Shown: positions 9,139 to 19,660, counted from the stretch's first letter. The stretch is 64,000 bases of DNA from Rhodocyclaceae bacterium (GCA_025353195.1 JANXRC010000146.1:998-64997); one strand, 5' to 3'. The notes: a model not told the origin generated them from the letters alone. Numbers and translations are program-made.

Positions 9139-9325
9139 GAGGAGATCATACCGTGCGGCACGGCTCAGGCTGGCGTCATGGGTACAATGGCATGCTTCGG
9201 ATGGCCGCTTTATCATTCACGATCGACAAAGTCTTGCCGCGTCGCCTGGGCTACGGCAAGTTTCTCGGCGCTGCGAGCTTCACCGGAGCTTCTTGAACCA
9301 CGCCTTCTGACCAAGAAACGACACT

Positions 9326-10654
9326 ATGAATTACGCAAAGATTGCCGGCCTGTTTGTTGTTGCTTTCCTGTTGAACCGAGCGGCTCCGGCGATTCTTGAA
9401 CGCCTGGTCCAACTTGGTGGTACCGAGGCGGCGATCGCAAATTCATTGTGGTGCATGGGACTGTTTCTGGTGTTCGGCTGGACATGCAGCAAATTGGCCG
9501 AAGGTACGGTCTTTCCCAACTTTACCTTGCAGCTTCTGGTCGGTATCGTCCTGCATGATGCATTGGCGCCCATTGCAGCCCAGATCATGCTTGCGGTGGT
9601 GGTGTGTACCGCACTCGCAGCCATCATCCTGAAGGGCGGCGGCGATGAACTGGAGAGGAATGATGTCGTCAAGATCGCCTTTCCGACGGTCATGATTGCC
9701 ATTGTCGGCTATCTCATCACCTTCTTCGTCATGTTCCCGCTGTTGATGTTACTGGGACTCAACGGCAAGACCGCCGCATTGCTCGGGGCCATTCTCGGCT
9801 CCACCGATCCGGCCGCACTGATTCCGACCCTGAAGAGGATCGTCTTCAAGGACGAGTACAAGCGCCTGTCCAGCATTTCCGTGGCGGAAAGCGCCCTCAA
9901 CGATGCGGTAGGTGCGATCTTTACCGCCGCCGTGGCCTCCATGATCCTGGCCGGCACATCGGTGGATTCGTTGGGCGGCCTGGTTTCCGGATTGTTCAGC
10001 TCGGAAAACGTACTGAATCTGGGGGCGCAATTCCTGTTCGGCACCATCGCCGGGATCGTCGGCTGTGGCGCAATGTACGCCTACGAGGTTTACAAATCGC
10101 GGGATAACCAACGTGAAGTCGGAGAAACCACCTATGATTTCGCGATTGTGCTGGCGGTTCCACTGGTTACCTTCCTGCTCGCGCAAGCCATCCATGGCAA
10201 CGGGTTTTTGGCGGCCTTTGTTGCTGGTTTGCTGGCCAATTACAACCATGGCAAGGAGTACTTTCATAAGACGCTGCACACCACGGAGATACAGATCGAG
10301 AGCATTGCCAAGCCGGTGATTTTCATGATGGTCGGCCCTTTTGTTGCGCTGACCGATCTGTTGGATACCGCAGTTCTGGGCCTGCTGGTGTCGGTTGTCT
10401 TCATACTCGTCGCCAGGCCGGTGGCGGTCATGCTGTCGATGCTGCCGACCGATCTCAGCATGAAAGACAAGCTGTTCATGAGCATCGTGCGCGAGACCGG
10501 CGTAATACCGGTCGTGCTGGCAGTAATCACCGTTGCGCAGTTTCCGGAACTGACCCTGCTGATGCCGTTAACTGCATGGGTGGTGATCTGGACCTTGACC
10601 TTGCTGCCGGCAGTCACACCCTGGTGGTCGAGAAAACTGGGGGTTGTGCAATAG
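9326..10654 (+). CDS. CPA1 (NhaP-like) cation/proton antiporter
   Basis: About 13 hydrophobic segments; LGAILGSTDPAA and ESALNDAVG signatures. Confidence 0.85.
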   Translation: MNYAKIAGLFVVAFLLNRAAPAILERLVQLGGTEAAIANSLWCMGLFLVFGWTCSKLAEGTVFPNFTLQLLVGIVLHDALAPIAAQIMLAVVVCTALAAIILKGGGDELERNDVVKIAFPTVMIAIVGYLITFFVMFPLLMLLGLNGKTAALLGAILGSTDPAALIPTLKRIVFKDEYKRLSSISVAESALNDAVGAIFTAAVASMILAGTSVDSLGGLVSGLFSSENVLNLGAQFLFGTIAGIVGCGAMYAYEVYKSRDNQREVGETTYDFAIVLAVPLVTFLLAQAIHGNGFLAAFVAGLLANYNHGKEYFHKTLHTTEIQIESIAKPVIFMMVGPFVALTDLLDTAVLGLLVSVVFILVARPVAVMLSMLPTDLSMKDKLFMSIVRETGVIPVVLAVITVAQFPELTLLMPLTAWVVIWTLTLLPAVTPWWSRKLGVVQ

Positions 10655-10677
10655 CAATCCGGGATCTGATTTCGGGA

Positions 10678-10706
10678 CTTGAACTTTCGTAGAAGCGCAG
10701 CATCTA
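10678..10706 (+). promoter_or_regulatory. Candidate sigma32 (RpoH) promoter for htpX
   Basis: CTTGAA, 14-nt spacer, then CAGCATCTA (partial match to CCCCATnT). Confidence 0.4.
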
Positions 10707-10760
10707 TGTTGGCGCGCCCGATCGCTGCGCAGCCATAAAAGCCTTTCCCTGGAGAACAGA

Positions 10761-11642
10761 ATGAAACGCATCCTATTGTTTATCGTCACCAACCTGGCCG
10801 TGATGCTGGTGCTGTCCGTCGCCGCCAGCGTGCTGGGAGTGAACCGCTACCTGAGCGCCAACGGCCTCAACATGGGCATGCTGTTGGGCTTCGCCGGCAT
10901 CATGGGTTTTGGCGGCGCCTTCATTTCGCTGGCCATGTCGAAGATGATGGCCAAGTGGTCGACGGGCGCGCGCATCATCGAGAGCCCGGAGACCTCGACC
11001 GAATTTTGGCTGGTGGAAGCCGTGCGCAAGCTGTCTTCCAAGGCCGGCTTGGCGATGCCCGAAGTGGCCATCTACGAGGGCGCGCCGAATGCCTTCGCCA
11101 CCGGTCCGAGCAGGAACAATTCGCTGGTTGCCGTATCGACCGGCCTGCTGCAAAGCATGAGCAAGGAGGAAGTCGAGGCGGTGCTGGCGCATGAGGTCAG
11201 CCACGTAGCAAACGGTGACATGGTGACGCTGACCCTGATCCAGGGCGTGGTCAATACCTTCGTCATTTTCCTGTCGCGCGTCGTCGGCTACCTGGTCGAC
11301 AGTTTCCTGCGCCGCGGCGACCGCGATTCCTCGGGCCCCGGCATCGGTTACATGGTGACGGTGTTTATCTGCGATCTCCTGTTCGGCGTGCTGGCCAGCA
11401 TCATCGTCATGTACTTCTCGCGTCAGCGCGAATTCCGTGCCGATGCCGGCGCCGCCGGTCTGATGGGCTCGCCGCGGCCGATGATGGCGGCTCTGCAGCG
11501 TCTGGGCGGTATGGCGGTCGAGCCCTTGCCGAAGAGCCTGGCCAGTTCCGGGATCACCGACGGGCCGAGCTGGATGTCGCTGTTTGCCAGCCATCCGAGC
11601 ATGGAAGAGCGCATCGCCGCGCTGTCAGCGCAAGGCCGGTGA
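10761..11642 (+). CDS. htpX: Membrane zinc metalloprotease HtpX
   Basis: [14 protein letters not shown] start, PNAFATG, HEVSH zinc motif, [15 protein letters not shown]. Confidence 0.97.
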   Translation: MKRILLFIVTNLAVMLVLSVAASVLGVNRYLSANGLNMGMLLGFAGIMGFGGAFISLAMSKMMAKWSTGARIIESPETSTEFWLVEAVRKLSSKAGLAMPEVAIYEGAPNAFATGPSRNNSLVAVSTGLLQSMSKEEVEAVLAHEVSHVANGDMVTLTLIQGVVNTFVIFLSRVVGYLVDSFLRRGDRDSSGPGIGYMVTVFICDLLFGVLASIIVMYFSRQREFRADAGAAGLMGSPRPMMAALQRLGGMAVEPLPKSLASSGITDGPSWMSLFASHPSMEERIAALSAQGR

Positions 11643-11676
11643 TCGATTCGTCGCTTCGTTTCTCGCGTTAGCCATC

Positions 11677-12528
11677 ATGTCCGAGCGTCTCGCCGTACTG
11701 TCCCAGTATTTGCTGCCCAAGCAGGCACTGACGGTTCTCGCCGGCAAATTCGCCACGGCGCGCGCGGGGCGCCTTACGACGAGCGTGATCCGCTGGTTTG
11801 TGGGTCGCTACGGCGTCGACATGAGCGAGGCCGCCAATCCGGACATTGCCAGCTACGCGACCTTCAACGAATTTTTTACCCGCCCGCTAAAGACCGGCGC
11901 GCGGCCCTTGGCGCAGGCCGGCTTCATTTGTCCGGTGGACGGGGCGATCAGTCGGTTCGGTGCGATCGAACGCGATCAGATTGTTCAGGCCAAGGGCCAT
12001 CGCTATTCGACGACGGCCCTGGTCGGTGGCGACCGTGAACTGGCCGCGCAATTCGAGGATGGCAGTTTCGCCACGCTTTACCTGAGCCCGAAGGATTACC
12101 ACCGCATTCACATGCCTTGTGATGGCCGTCTGTTGCGCATGGTGCACGTGCCGGGCGAGTTGTTCTCGGTGAACCCGGTTACGGCACGCGGCGTGCCGGG
12201 CCTGTTTGCGCGCAACGAACGCGTGGTGTGCGTTTTCGAGTCCAAGCATGGACCATTTGTACTGGTGTTGGTCGGCGCCACCATCGTCGGCAGCATGGCC
12301 ACCGTCTGGCACGGCGTCGTGAATCCGCCACGCCCGGGCAGGCTGCGCGAATGGCGCTATGACGGTCAGCAACTGCTGTTCAGACAGGGAGACGAGATGG
12401 GGCGCTTCCTGCTTGGATCAACCGTGGTGACGCTGTTTCCGAAGGGCACGCTGAAGTTCAATGCAGACTGGTCGCCGCAGCGCCCGATTCGTCTGGGCGA
12501 GACAATGGGCGAGCGAGCAAGCACCTAG
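11677..12528 (+). CDS. psd: Phosphatidylserine decarboxylase proenzyme
   Basis: FNEFFTR, YLSPKDYHRIHMP, RNERVV and the LGST self-cleavage motif. Start at ATG 11677. Confidence 0.96.
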   Translation: MSERLAVLSQYLLPKQALTVLAGKFATARAGRLTTSVIRWFVGRYGVDMSEAANPDIASYATFNEFFTRPLKTGARPLAQAGFICPVDGAISRFGAIERDQIVQAKGHRYSTTALVGGDRELAAQFEDGSFATLYLSPKDYHRIHMPCDGRLLRMVHVPGELFSVNPVTARGVPGLFARNERVVCVFESKHGPFVLVLVGATIVGSMATVWHGVVNPPRPGRLREWRYDGQQLLFRQGDEMGRFLLGSTVVTLFPKGTLKFNADWSPQRPIRLGETMGERAST

Positions 12529-13259
12529 AATTCGTATTCGATCTGCATCCGGAAGGTATGATCGGGGGCAGCCTTGGAGGTCGCCAGCAGCCAGGCCGCG
12601 TTGTACTTTATGGCCTGATGGTTTCCGATCGGCAGCTTGCCGAATACAGCCGGGCCGGCGCTGTGGCCGCGCTCATCCTTCGGTGCCCAGTGGTCCCACT
12701 GGCCCATTTCGCCGAAGCCCTGGAGGCCGAATTCAAACTGAGGCAGCCAGCGGTATTTTGCCTGCCACTGGTAAAGAAATTGGGTCTCGCTCGGGTTTTC
12801 GGACTGATGGCTGCGTTCGAGCAGGAGGTTGCCATTGAGCTGGATCTTGCCGAACTCGGTCTGGAACAGCGGCCCCCACTTCACTTCCCAACCTTCGGCG
12901 TGATTCTTCGGGCGCTCGATTTCAAGAAGGAAGCCGACATCCACCGGATACTTGCCGGTCTCGGTGAGCTGGAACTTGTTTTCCCACTCGATCGCGTCGT
13001 ACTTGGTGGCTTCATAGTTCTGCTGCTTGTACTTCAGGTAGATTTCGGTGAACCACCATTCCGTGGCGCCGTAGCCAAAGCCAATGCTGGCGGCGGATTC
13101 ACGAGGATCGTCACCCTTGCGGGCGGTACCCGTCTTGAAGTCGATTTCCTTCTCGCCGTAGTCGACGGCGGGGGTGTAGACATAGTCGGCCGGACCGGCG
13201 TGGGCGAAATGCGGGCTCAACAAAGTTGCTGCGACCAGGAACGGCGCATAGGATTTCAT
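12525..13259 (-). CDS. Putative outer-membrane beta-barrel protein in iron-uptake operon
   Basis: Signal peptide ending AHA; alternating hydrophobic/aromatic strands; C-terminal IEYEF beta-signal; 11 nt downstream of the FTR1 gene with its own SD. Confidence 0.65.
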   Translation of the reverse strand: MKSYAPFLVAATLLSPHFAHAGPADYVYTPAVDYGEKEIDFKTGTARKGDDPRESAASIGFGYGATEWWFTEIYLKYKQQNYEATKYDAIEWENKFQLTETGKYPVDVGFLLEIERPKNHAEGWEVKWGPLFQTEFGKIQLNGNLLLERSHQSENPSETQFLYQWQAKYRWLPQFEFGLQGFGEMGQWDHWAPKDERGHSAGPAVFGKLPIGNHQAIKYNAAWLLATSKAAPDHTFRMQIEYEF

Positions 13260-13270
13260 CGGATTTCCTC

Positions 13271-14101
13271 TTATTGGATAGCGGTAGACGGCGGCCGGAC
13301 GCGGAAGATGCGCATCCCGGCCAGAATGAGTATCAGGGTGGTGGAATAGAACACGACCTGAATGCCTGACGGCATGGCTTCATAGCCGGCAAGTGTGTGC
13401 AGGAAGCGGCCCACGAGCGAGGCGTTGTCCAGCAGCCACGAGGTGTCCCACAGCGGCGTGGCAAGGCTGGGCAATATGTCGGCCTGAACCAGAAAGCGAG
13501 CCGCCTGGCTGGTCATGGCGGCAGCCAGCAGGAGGATGAGGCCGCTGGTGGCAGCAAAAAACATGCGGGTGGGAATTCGAACGAAGCCGGCGTAAAGCCC
13601 GTAGCCGGCGAGAGTGCCGACGAGGAGGCCGATGGCGCCACCGCCGAGGACAGTAGCCAATGTTTCTTCGCCGCCCGTGAGCAGGCCATAAAGGAAGAGG
13701 GCGGTCTCCGAGCCCTCGCGCAGGATTGCGAGCGCCACAACCGCAGCCAGCGCGGACATTTCGCGGTTTCCGGAAGTGACGTCCTGCCCCAGTTGTCTGG
13801 CATCCCTCGCCAACTGCATGCCGTGGCGGGCCATCCAGATGTTGTGCCAGGCCAGCATCGCTGCGGCAAGTCCGAGGATGCCGGCGTTGAACAGTTCCTG
13901 GCCGGCGCCCTCTGCCAGTTCAGCGATCTGCCCAGTCAGCGAAGCGACGATCAGGGAACCGGCTAGCCCGGCACTGATGCCCGTGAGCAGCCAGAAGTTC
14001 CGCGCCTGCATGCCGCGCGTCGCGGCTGCGATGATGCCGATGATCAGTGCAGCTTCCAGGGCCTCGCGGAAGACGATGATGGCTGAGCCGAGCATGGGCA
14101 C
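13271..14101 (-). CDS. FTR1/EfeU/FtrC-family high-affinity iron permease
   Basis: Two RExxE motifs (REALE, REGSE) in TM segments. Confidence 0.93.
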   Translation of the reverse strand: MPMLGSAIIVFREALEAALIIGIIAAATRGMQARNFWLLTGISAGLAGSLIVASLTGQIAELAEGAGQELFNAGILGLAAAMLAWHNIWMARHGMQLARDARQLGQDVTSGNREMSALAAVVALAILREGSETALFLYGLLTGGEETLATVLGGGAIGLLVGTLAGYGLYAGFVRIPTRMFFAATSGLILLLAAAMTSQAARFLVQADILPSLATPLWDTSWLLDNASLVGRFLHTLAGYEAMPSGIQVVFYSTTLILILAGMRIFRVRPPSTAIQ

Positions 14102-14422
14102 TTACTCCGCGATGACGGCGCCGCGGGCCGTCTTTTCGTTGAACTCGCCGAAGAAGGGGTAGCGCCCGGGTTTGAGCGGGCCAATGAAGATGCTGGCCTT
14201 CGTACCGGGCGCGATGAGTTTTTCCCGGTTGAGTTCGTGGCTCTCGAATTCCTCCGGGGTCGCGTCCTGATTGTGCACCACCAGCTTGACCTTCTGTCCG
14301 GCGGGCACCCTGATTTCCCCCGGGTCGAAGCGGTGGTCGCGGATGGCTATAGGGATTTCGGCATCCGCAGCCAAGGCGCAAAGGGAAAGCAGGGACAAAA
14401 GCAGGGCGAAAAGTGTTTTCAT
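14102..14422 (-). CDS. Periplasmic cupredoxin-domain protein (FtrB/EfeO-N-like)
   Basis: Signal peptide; FDP.EIRVPAGQKVKL, EEFES and GRYPFFGEF motifs. AAGGAG SD precedes ATG 14422. Confidence 0.88.
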   Translation of the reverse strand: MKTLFALLLSLLSLCALAADAEIPIAIRDHRFDPGEIRVPAGQKVKLVVHNQDATPEEFESHELNREKLIAPGTKASIFIGPLKPGRYPFFGEFNEKTARGAVIAE

Positions 14423-14436
14423 TACGGCTCCTTTTG

Positions 14437-14469
14437 ACAAATGATAATCATTCGCATTCGCATCGTCAA
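14437..14469 (-). promoter_or_regulatory. sigma70 promoter overlapped by a Fur box
   Basis: Minus strand TTGACG (14469-14464), 17 nt, TATCAT (14446-14441). ACAAATGATAATCATTCGC matches the 19-bp Fur consensus at 14/19 with a perfect 13-bp core, extended by CATTCG hexamers. Confidence 0.88.
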
Positions 14470-14621
14470 GTACTTTTGCAATATTTTGTGTTGCAGTCAA
14501 TCGCTTATTTCGGAGTCGGTCTGGCCAGGCGTCGCCAAGTCGTTGAATCGATCTGCCGCGGATGTCGCCAATGCGGGTTTACGCTCCTCACAAAGCACAT
14601 TCGCTTTCCTGTCTATCCCTA

Positions 14622-14642
14622 TTGATTTAAATCAGTATTTTA
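14622..14642. promoter_or_regulatory. FNR-like palindrome overlapping an IHF-like site
   Basis: TTGAT-TTAA-ATCAG (9 of 10 FNR half-site bases) overlapping AATCAG-TATT-TTA (WATCAR-N4-TTR) in an AT-rich patch. Confidence 0.45.
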
Positions 14643-14707
14643 TAGTTGAAATCTCTCGAATGGCGTAGCTAAGCCCTTGTTGCGTTTGGAAAAAACTCGA
14701 CTCGTTC

Positions 14708-14759
14708 TTGACCGGCGCGAAAAAGTGTCATAAAGTGGGATCTTGTGGGGTTTAGTGGG
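14708..14759 (+). promoter_or_regulatory. dcw promoter with MraZ-binding GTGGG repeats
   Basis: TTGACC-17 nt-TAAAGT; GTGGG at 14735, 14745 and 14755 (exact 10-bp period). Confidence 0.88.
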
Positions 14760-14805
14760 AAATCTTGGCCGGATGCCGGCTTGTTTCTCGTCCAGAGGGG
14801 ATTCG

Positions 14806-15252
14806 ATGTTCCAAGGTGCGGCGGCACTCAATCTCGATGCCAAGGGCCGGATGGCGGTTCCCGCGCGGCACCGTGATGCCCTGGTGGCATTGGGCGAAGG
14901 TCACCTGGTGGTGACTGCCCATCCCCATCGCTGCCTGCTGCTCTATCCCCAGCCCGCGTGGGAGCCGATTCGCGCCCAGATCCTGGCAGCACCCAGCCTG
15001 CAAGTGGAATCCGCAATGGTGCGGCGTCTTCTGGTGGGCTTTGCCGAAGAAGTGGAACTCGATGGCGCCGGACGCCTGCTGATTTCGCCGTCCTTGCGTC
15101 ACTACGCGGGACTGGAAAAGGAAATCTGGCTGGTGGGGCAGGGTCGCCATTTTGAAATCTGGTCGGCTGCCGGCTGGCAAGCACAGCAGGACGCGATCTT
15201 TGCACTGGGCGACAAACTCTTGCCCCCGGGCCTGGAAAATCTTGCGCTGTGA
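14806..15252 (+). CDS. mraZ: Transcriptional regulator MraZ
   Basis: [10 protein letters not shown] and LDGAGRLLI repeats; GQGRHFEIW; first gene of the dcw cluster. Confidence 0.97.
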   Translation: MFQGAAALNLDAKGRMAVPARHRDALVALGEGHLVVTAHPHRCLLLYPQPAWEPIRAQILAAPSLQVESAMVRRLLVGFAEEVELDGAGRLLISPSLRHYAGLEKEIWLVGQGRHFEIWSAAGWQAQQDAIFALGDKLLPPGLENLAL

Positions 15253-16172
15253 GCGCCGACACTCACGTCAGCGTGCTGCTGGCCGAAGCGGTCGCGGCAC
15301 TGGCGATAAGGCCGGCAGGAATCTACGTCGACGCCACCTTTGGCCGTGGCGGCCACAGCCGCGAGATTCTCGCTGCGCTCGGTTCGGCGGGGCGCCTCAT
15401 CGCACTGGATCGCGATCCGGCCGCGATTGCTGCCGGAGCATCCATTTCGGATCCGCGCTTTACCCTGGTGCATGCGCCTTTCAGCGGGTTCGATGGAGTT
15501 CTCGACCGGCTCGGCGTGGCGCAGGTGGATGGCGTGCTGCTGGATATTGGCGTGTCATCGCCGCAACTGAATACACCCGAACGGGGCATGAGCTTTCGTT
15601 TCGATGCGCCGTTGGATATGCGCATGGATACGACGCAGGGGGAGACCGTCGCCGAGTTCCTGGCGCGGGCATCGCAATCTGAAATAGAAAGGGTGATCAG
15701 AGACTATGGCGAAGAACGGTTTGCTCATGCGATTGCAAAGGCGCTTGTTGCTGCTCGGGGCGAGCACGGTATTTCAAGGACAGGACAGCTTGCCACGCTC
15801 GTGGCGCAAGTCGTCCGCACGCGGGAGCCGGGTCAGCACCCGGCGACGCGGAGTTTTCAGGCTCTACGGATTCACGTCAATCGGGAGCTTGAGGAACTGT
15901 CGATAACTCTGCCCAGGGCCGTCGAAAGACTGGCACCGGGTGGTCGCCTGGCCGTGATCTGCTTTCATTCACTCGAAGATCGCATCGTCAAACGCTTCAT
16001 GCGTGACGTCGCGCATCCGCCGCAGCCGCCCAAGGGTGTGCCGGTGCGCGCGGTCGATCTGCCGCAGCCGGTGATGAAACTGGTGGGCAAGGCGATATTT
16101 CCATCAGCCGCCGAAATCGCCGCCAACCCGCGCTGTCGCAGCGCCGTGCTGCGCGTGGCGCAGAAGCTGTGA
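15249..16172 (+). CDS. rsmH: 16S rRNA m4C1402 methyltransferase
   Basis: [42 protein letters not shown]. Confidence 0.98.
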   Translation: MSADTHVSVLLAEAVAALAIRPAGIYVDATFGRGGHSREILAALGSAGRLIALDRDPAAIAAGASISDPRFTLVHAPFSGFDGVLDRLGVAQVDGVLLDIGVSSPQLNTPERGMSFRFDAPLDMRMDTTQGETVAEFLARASQSEIERVIRDYGEERFAHAIAKALVAARGEHGISRTGQLATLVAQVVRTREPGQHPATRSFQALRIHVNRELEELSITLPRAVERLAPGGRLAVICFHSLEDRIVKRFMRDVAHPPQPPKGVPVRAVDLPQPVMKLVGKAIFPSAAEIAANPRCRSAVLRVAQKL

Positions 16173-16447
16173 ACACGGCGCGCCTCAATTTGATCCTGAT
16201 TCTGACCGCCCTGGCCTGCGCCTTGTCGACCGTGAACGCCAATCACCGCGCGCGCAAGCTGTTTACCGAGTTGGAAGCCGCACAGAAGCGCACGCGTGAT
16301 CTGGACGTGGAATGGGGTCAGTTGCAGCTTGAGCAAAGCACATTGGCGGCCCACGTTCGGGTCGAGAAGGCTGCGCGCGAAAAGCTGGGCATGAAGCCGC
16401 CGGTGCCGGGGCAGATCAGTTCGGCCGAGCCGGCACCCGGGAAATGA
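16169..16447 (+). CDS. ftsL: Cell division protein FtsL
   Basis: Single TM helix plus coiled coil ([11 protein letters not shown]); position in dcw cluster. Confidence 0.95.
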   Translation: MNTARLNLILILTALACALSTVNANHRARKLFTELEAAQKRTRDLDVEWGQLQLEQSTLAAHVRVEKAAREKLGMKPPVPGQISSAEPAPGK

Positions 16448-16454
16448 CGCCGCC

Positions 16455-18188
16455 ATGAAGTCGATCAAGTTCTCCAGAAGCCCGCTGCTGTCCGAGCGCC
16501 TGCCGCCATGGCGGCAGCGCCTGGTGCTGGTAGTGTTGCTGGGCGCCTTCGTCACGCTGGTTGCGCGGTCGCTGTATCTGCAAGGCTTCGACAACGAGTT
16601 TCTCGGTGACAAGGGTCGCGCCCGGTTCGAGCGGGTGATTGACATATCTGCGACCCGGGGCCGCATCACCGACCGCAACGGAGACGTACTGGCCGTGTCC
16701 ACGCCGGTACGCTCGATCTGGGCGATTCCCGAGGATGCCCAACTGGCGCCGGCGCAGGCGCGCAGTCTGGCAGCCCTGCTCGAAATGGACGTGCGCGAGA
16801 TCAATCAGAAGCTGGCCTCCGAACGCGAGTTCGTCTACGTCAAGCGGCAGTTGCCGCCCGAACTGGCCGACCGGGTAACCGCGCTCAAACTGCCCGGTAT
16901 TCATCAGAAAGACGAGTACCGGCGCTACTACCCGTCGGGCGAGGTGATGGCGCACATGCTCGGGTTTACCGGCGTCGAAGATGCCGGTCAGGAAGGTATC
17001 GAACTGGCGTTCAACGGCCAGTTGTCCGGCAAGGCCGGCTCGCGCCGCGTCATCAAGGATCGCCGTGGCAACGTGGTGGAGGATGTCGAAAGCATCCACC
17101 CGCCGCAGGAGGGCCGGGACATCGTGCTCGCCATGGACTCGAAGGTGCAGTATCTCGCTTACAGCTATCTCAAGCAGGCGCTGGAGGAAAATCGCGCCAA
17201 GGCGGGCGGTGTGGTGGTGCTCGACGCCCGCAGCGGCGAAATACTGGCCCTGGCGAATCTGCCCACCTACAACCCGAACAATCGCTTCAAGCTGGTTGGT
17301 GCCCAATTGCGCAACCGGGCGCTGACCGACAGCTTCGAGCCCGGTTCGACCATGAAGCCGTTCACCGTTGCGCTGGCCCTCGACGAAGGCAAGGTGCGCT
17401 CCAACACGCCGATCCAGACCGCTCCCGGAAGACTGACCATCGGCACGGCAACGATCCACGACGCGCACATGCATGGTGTATTGACCGTCGCGCAGGTGAT
17501 CCAGAAGTCCTCCAACGTCGGCGCCGCCAAGCTGGCCTTGTCGATGACGCCCCAAGACATGTGGAACATGTTCGACAGCCTGGGCTTCGGCGCGCCGCTC
17601 AAGCTCGGCTTTCCCGGCGAGGTCGGCGGCCGCTTGCGGCCGGCCAAGACCTGGAGGCCGATCGAGCAGGCCACCATGGCCTATGGCCATGGCATTTCCG
17701 TCACCCTGATCCAGTTGGCACGGGCCTATCAGACCTTTGCCCGCGATGGCGATCTGGTGCCGATTTCATTGGCGCGACTGGAGGCGCCGCCGCTGAACGG
17801 CAAGCAGGTGTTCTCGGCGCAGACGGCACACGCGGTCCGCGCCATGCTGGAGATGGCGGTGCTGCCGGGCGGCACCGCGCCCAAGGCACAGATTGCCGGC
17901 TATCGCGTGGCGGGCAAGACCGGCACGGCGCACAAGATCGAAGGCGGCACCTACGCCAACAAGTATGTCGCGTCGTTTGTCGGCTTTGCCCCGGCCTCCG
18001 ACCCGCGCCTGATTGTCGCCGTCATGATCGACGAACCGTCCAATGGCAAGTATTACGGCGGCGACGTTGCGGCGCCGGTCTTCGCACAAGTCATGGCGGG
18101 CAGCCTGCGCACGCTCGGCGTGGCGCCCGATGCGCCCCTGAAGCCGCTCGTGATGACCAGTGCCGAGACGGTCAAGGAAGAGATGTGA
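16455..18188 (+). CDS. ftsI: Penicillin-binding protein 3
   Basis: RGRITDRNG; EPGSTMKPF (SxxK), KSSNVG (SxN), GKTGTA (KTG). Confidence 0.98.
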   Translation: MKSIKFSRSPLLSERLPPWRQRLVLVVLLGAFVTLVARSLYLQGFDNEFLGDKGRARFERVIDISATRGRITDRNGDVLAVSTPVRSIWAIPEDAQLAPAQARSLAALLEMDVREINQKLASEREFVYVKRQLPPELADRVTALKLPGIHQKDEYRRYYPSGEVMAHMLGFTGVEDAGQEGIELAFNGQLSGKAGSRRVIKDRRGNVVEDVESIHPPQEGRDIVLAMDSKVQYLAYSYLKQALEENRAKAGGVVVLDARSGEILALANLPTYNPNNRFKLVGAQLRNRALTDSFEPGSTMKPFTVALALDEGKVRSNTPIQTAPGRLTIGTATIHDAHMHGVLTVAQVIQKSSNVGAAKLALSMTPQDMWNMFDSLGFGAPLKLGFPGEVGGRLRPAKTWRPIEQATMAYGHGISVTLIQLARAYQTFARDGDLVPISLARLEAPPLNGKQVFSAQTAHAVRAMLEMAVLPGGTAPKAQIAGYRVAGKTGTAHKIEGGTYANKYVASFVGFAPASDPRLIVAVMIDEPSNGKYYGGDVAAPVFAQVMAGSLRTLGVAPDAPLKPLVMTSAETVKEEM

Positions 18189-19660
18189 ATACGGCCATGT
18201 CGATACTCGAACAACTTGAACGAAAGGGCGTCGTGACGACGCGCCTGACCGCTGACTCGCGGCTGGTGCGGGCGGGTGATGTCTTCGTCGCCTTCCCCGG
18301 TGCACAGGCCGATGGCCGCGACTTCATCGCGCAGGCGGTGGCGAAAGGCGCGGCAGCGGTAATTGCCGAGGCCGGCGGCAACACGGCAGCAAGAGTCGGC
18401 GCTGGCGAAGCGCCGATTATTGAAGTCGATGGGCTTGCGACGCTTTCGGGCGCAATCGCGCATCTGGTCTACGGGCGTCCCTCCGAGCGTCTCTGGCTCG
18501 CCGGCGTAACCGGCACCAATGGCAAGACTTCGGTATCACAGTGGATCGCGCAGGCGATGAATGCCCTGCAGCATCGGTGTGCAGTGATCGGCACGCTGGG
18601 CAACGGCTTTCTCGGCGCGCTGGAGGAAAGCCCCAACACCACGCCGGATGCGATAACGCTGCATGCGGCACTGGCGAACTTCGTCGCTCACGGCGCGGAT
18701 GCCTGCGCAATGGAGGTTTCTTCAATCGGACTCGACCAGGGACGCGTCAATGGCGCCGCCTTCGATGTGGCCGTATTCACCAATTTGACGCGCGACCATC
18801 TGGAATACCACGGCACGATGGCCACCTATGCGGCCGCAAAGGAAAGGCTGTTCCTGGTTCCGGGCCTTGCGGCGGCCGTGCTGAACCTGGACGACCCTAT
18901 CGGTGTTGAACTTGCGGCAAGACTCAAGGGACGCGTGCGCATCATCGGCTATGCGCTGAACGCTGTTGACGCCGGTTGCAGAGGCGCCGATGAAATCCTG
19001 CAGGCGGAGCATCTGACCATGAACGCCGCCGGCATCGAGTTCGATCTGCGTGGCGCGCATTTCGCTGTGCCGGTGGTCGGTCGCTTCAATGTATCCAATC
19101 TGCTCGCCGTGATCGGCGCCCTGCTGACACGCCACGAACGCCTCGAGGGCATCGCTGAGGCGCTGCGCGGCATTCAGCCGCCGCCCGGGCGCATGCAGGC
19201 GCTGGGCGGCATGCAGGAGCCGCTGATCGTGGTGGACTACGCCCATACGCCGGATGCGCTGGAAAAGGCGCTCGGCGTCCTGCGTGAAACGGCTGCTGCA
19301 CGCGGCGGCCAACTGGTTTGCGTGTTCGGCTGCGGCGGCGATCGCGATCCCGGCAAGCGGCCGCAAATGGGTGCGATCGCCGAGCAGCTGGCCGATCGCG
19401 TGGTGCTTACCAGCGACAATCCGCGCAGTGAGGATCCGCAGGCGATCATCGACGGCATACTCGCCGGATTCACGCGGCGGCCCCTGGTCCAGTCCGACCG
19501 CGCCTGCGCCATTGCCGACACGGTGACGGCGGCCGATCCTCATGACGTCATCCTGCTCGCCGGCAAGGGCCACGAGCCCTACCAGGAGATCGCCGGCGTG
19601 CGGCATCCATTTTCCGACATCGAGGCCGCAAAGTCGGCGCTGGAGGGACGGCGATCATGA
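18185..19660 (+). CDS. murE: UDP-MurNAc-dipeptide:meso-DAP ligase
   Basis: [42 protein letters not shown] (DAP specificity). GTG 18185 overlaps the ftsI stop; ATG 18197 is an alternative. Confidence 0.97.
   Translation: MNTAMSILEQLERKGVVTTRLTADSRLVRAGDVFVAFPGAQADGRDFIAQAVAKGAAAVIAEAGGNTAARVGAGEAPIIEVDGLATLSGAIAHLVYGRPSERLWLAGVTGTNGKTSVSQWIAQAMNALQHRCAVIGTLGNGFLGALEESPNTTPDAITLHAALANFVAHGADACAMEVSSIGLDQGRVNGAAFDVAVFTNLTRDHLEYHGTMATYAAAKERLFLVPGLAAAVLNLDDPIGVELAARLKGRVRIIGYALNAVDAGCRGADEILQAEHLTMNAAGIEFDLRGAHFAVPVVGRFNVSNLLAVIGALLTRHERLEGIAEALRGIQPPPGRMQALGGMQEPLIVVDYAHTPDALEKALGVLRETAAARGGQLVCVFGCGGDRDPGKRPQMGAIAEQLADRVVLTSDNPRSEDPQAIIDGILAGFTRRPLVQSDRACAIADTVTAADPHDVILLAGKGHEPYQEIAGVRHPFSDIEAAKSALEGRRS

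Noticed and set aside
9139-9325. Named Na+/Li+ riboswitch upstream of the CPA1 antiporter
   Set aside because: A stem is present but I could not match it to a known consensus by eye; kept only as a generic structured-leader lead.
12525-12528. Convergent psd and barrel genes sharing a CTAG stop overlap
   Set aside because: Common compact arrangement with no further evidence of antisense regulation.
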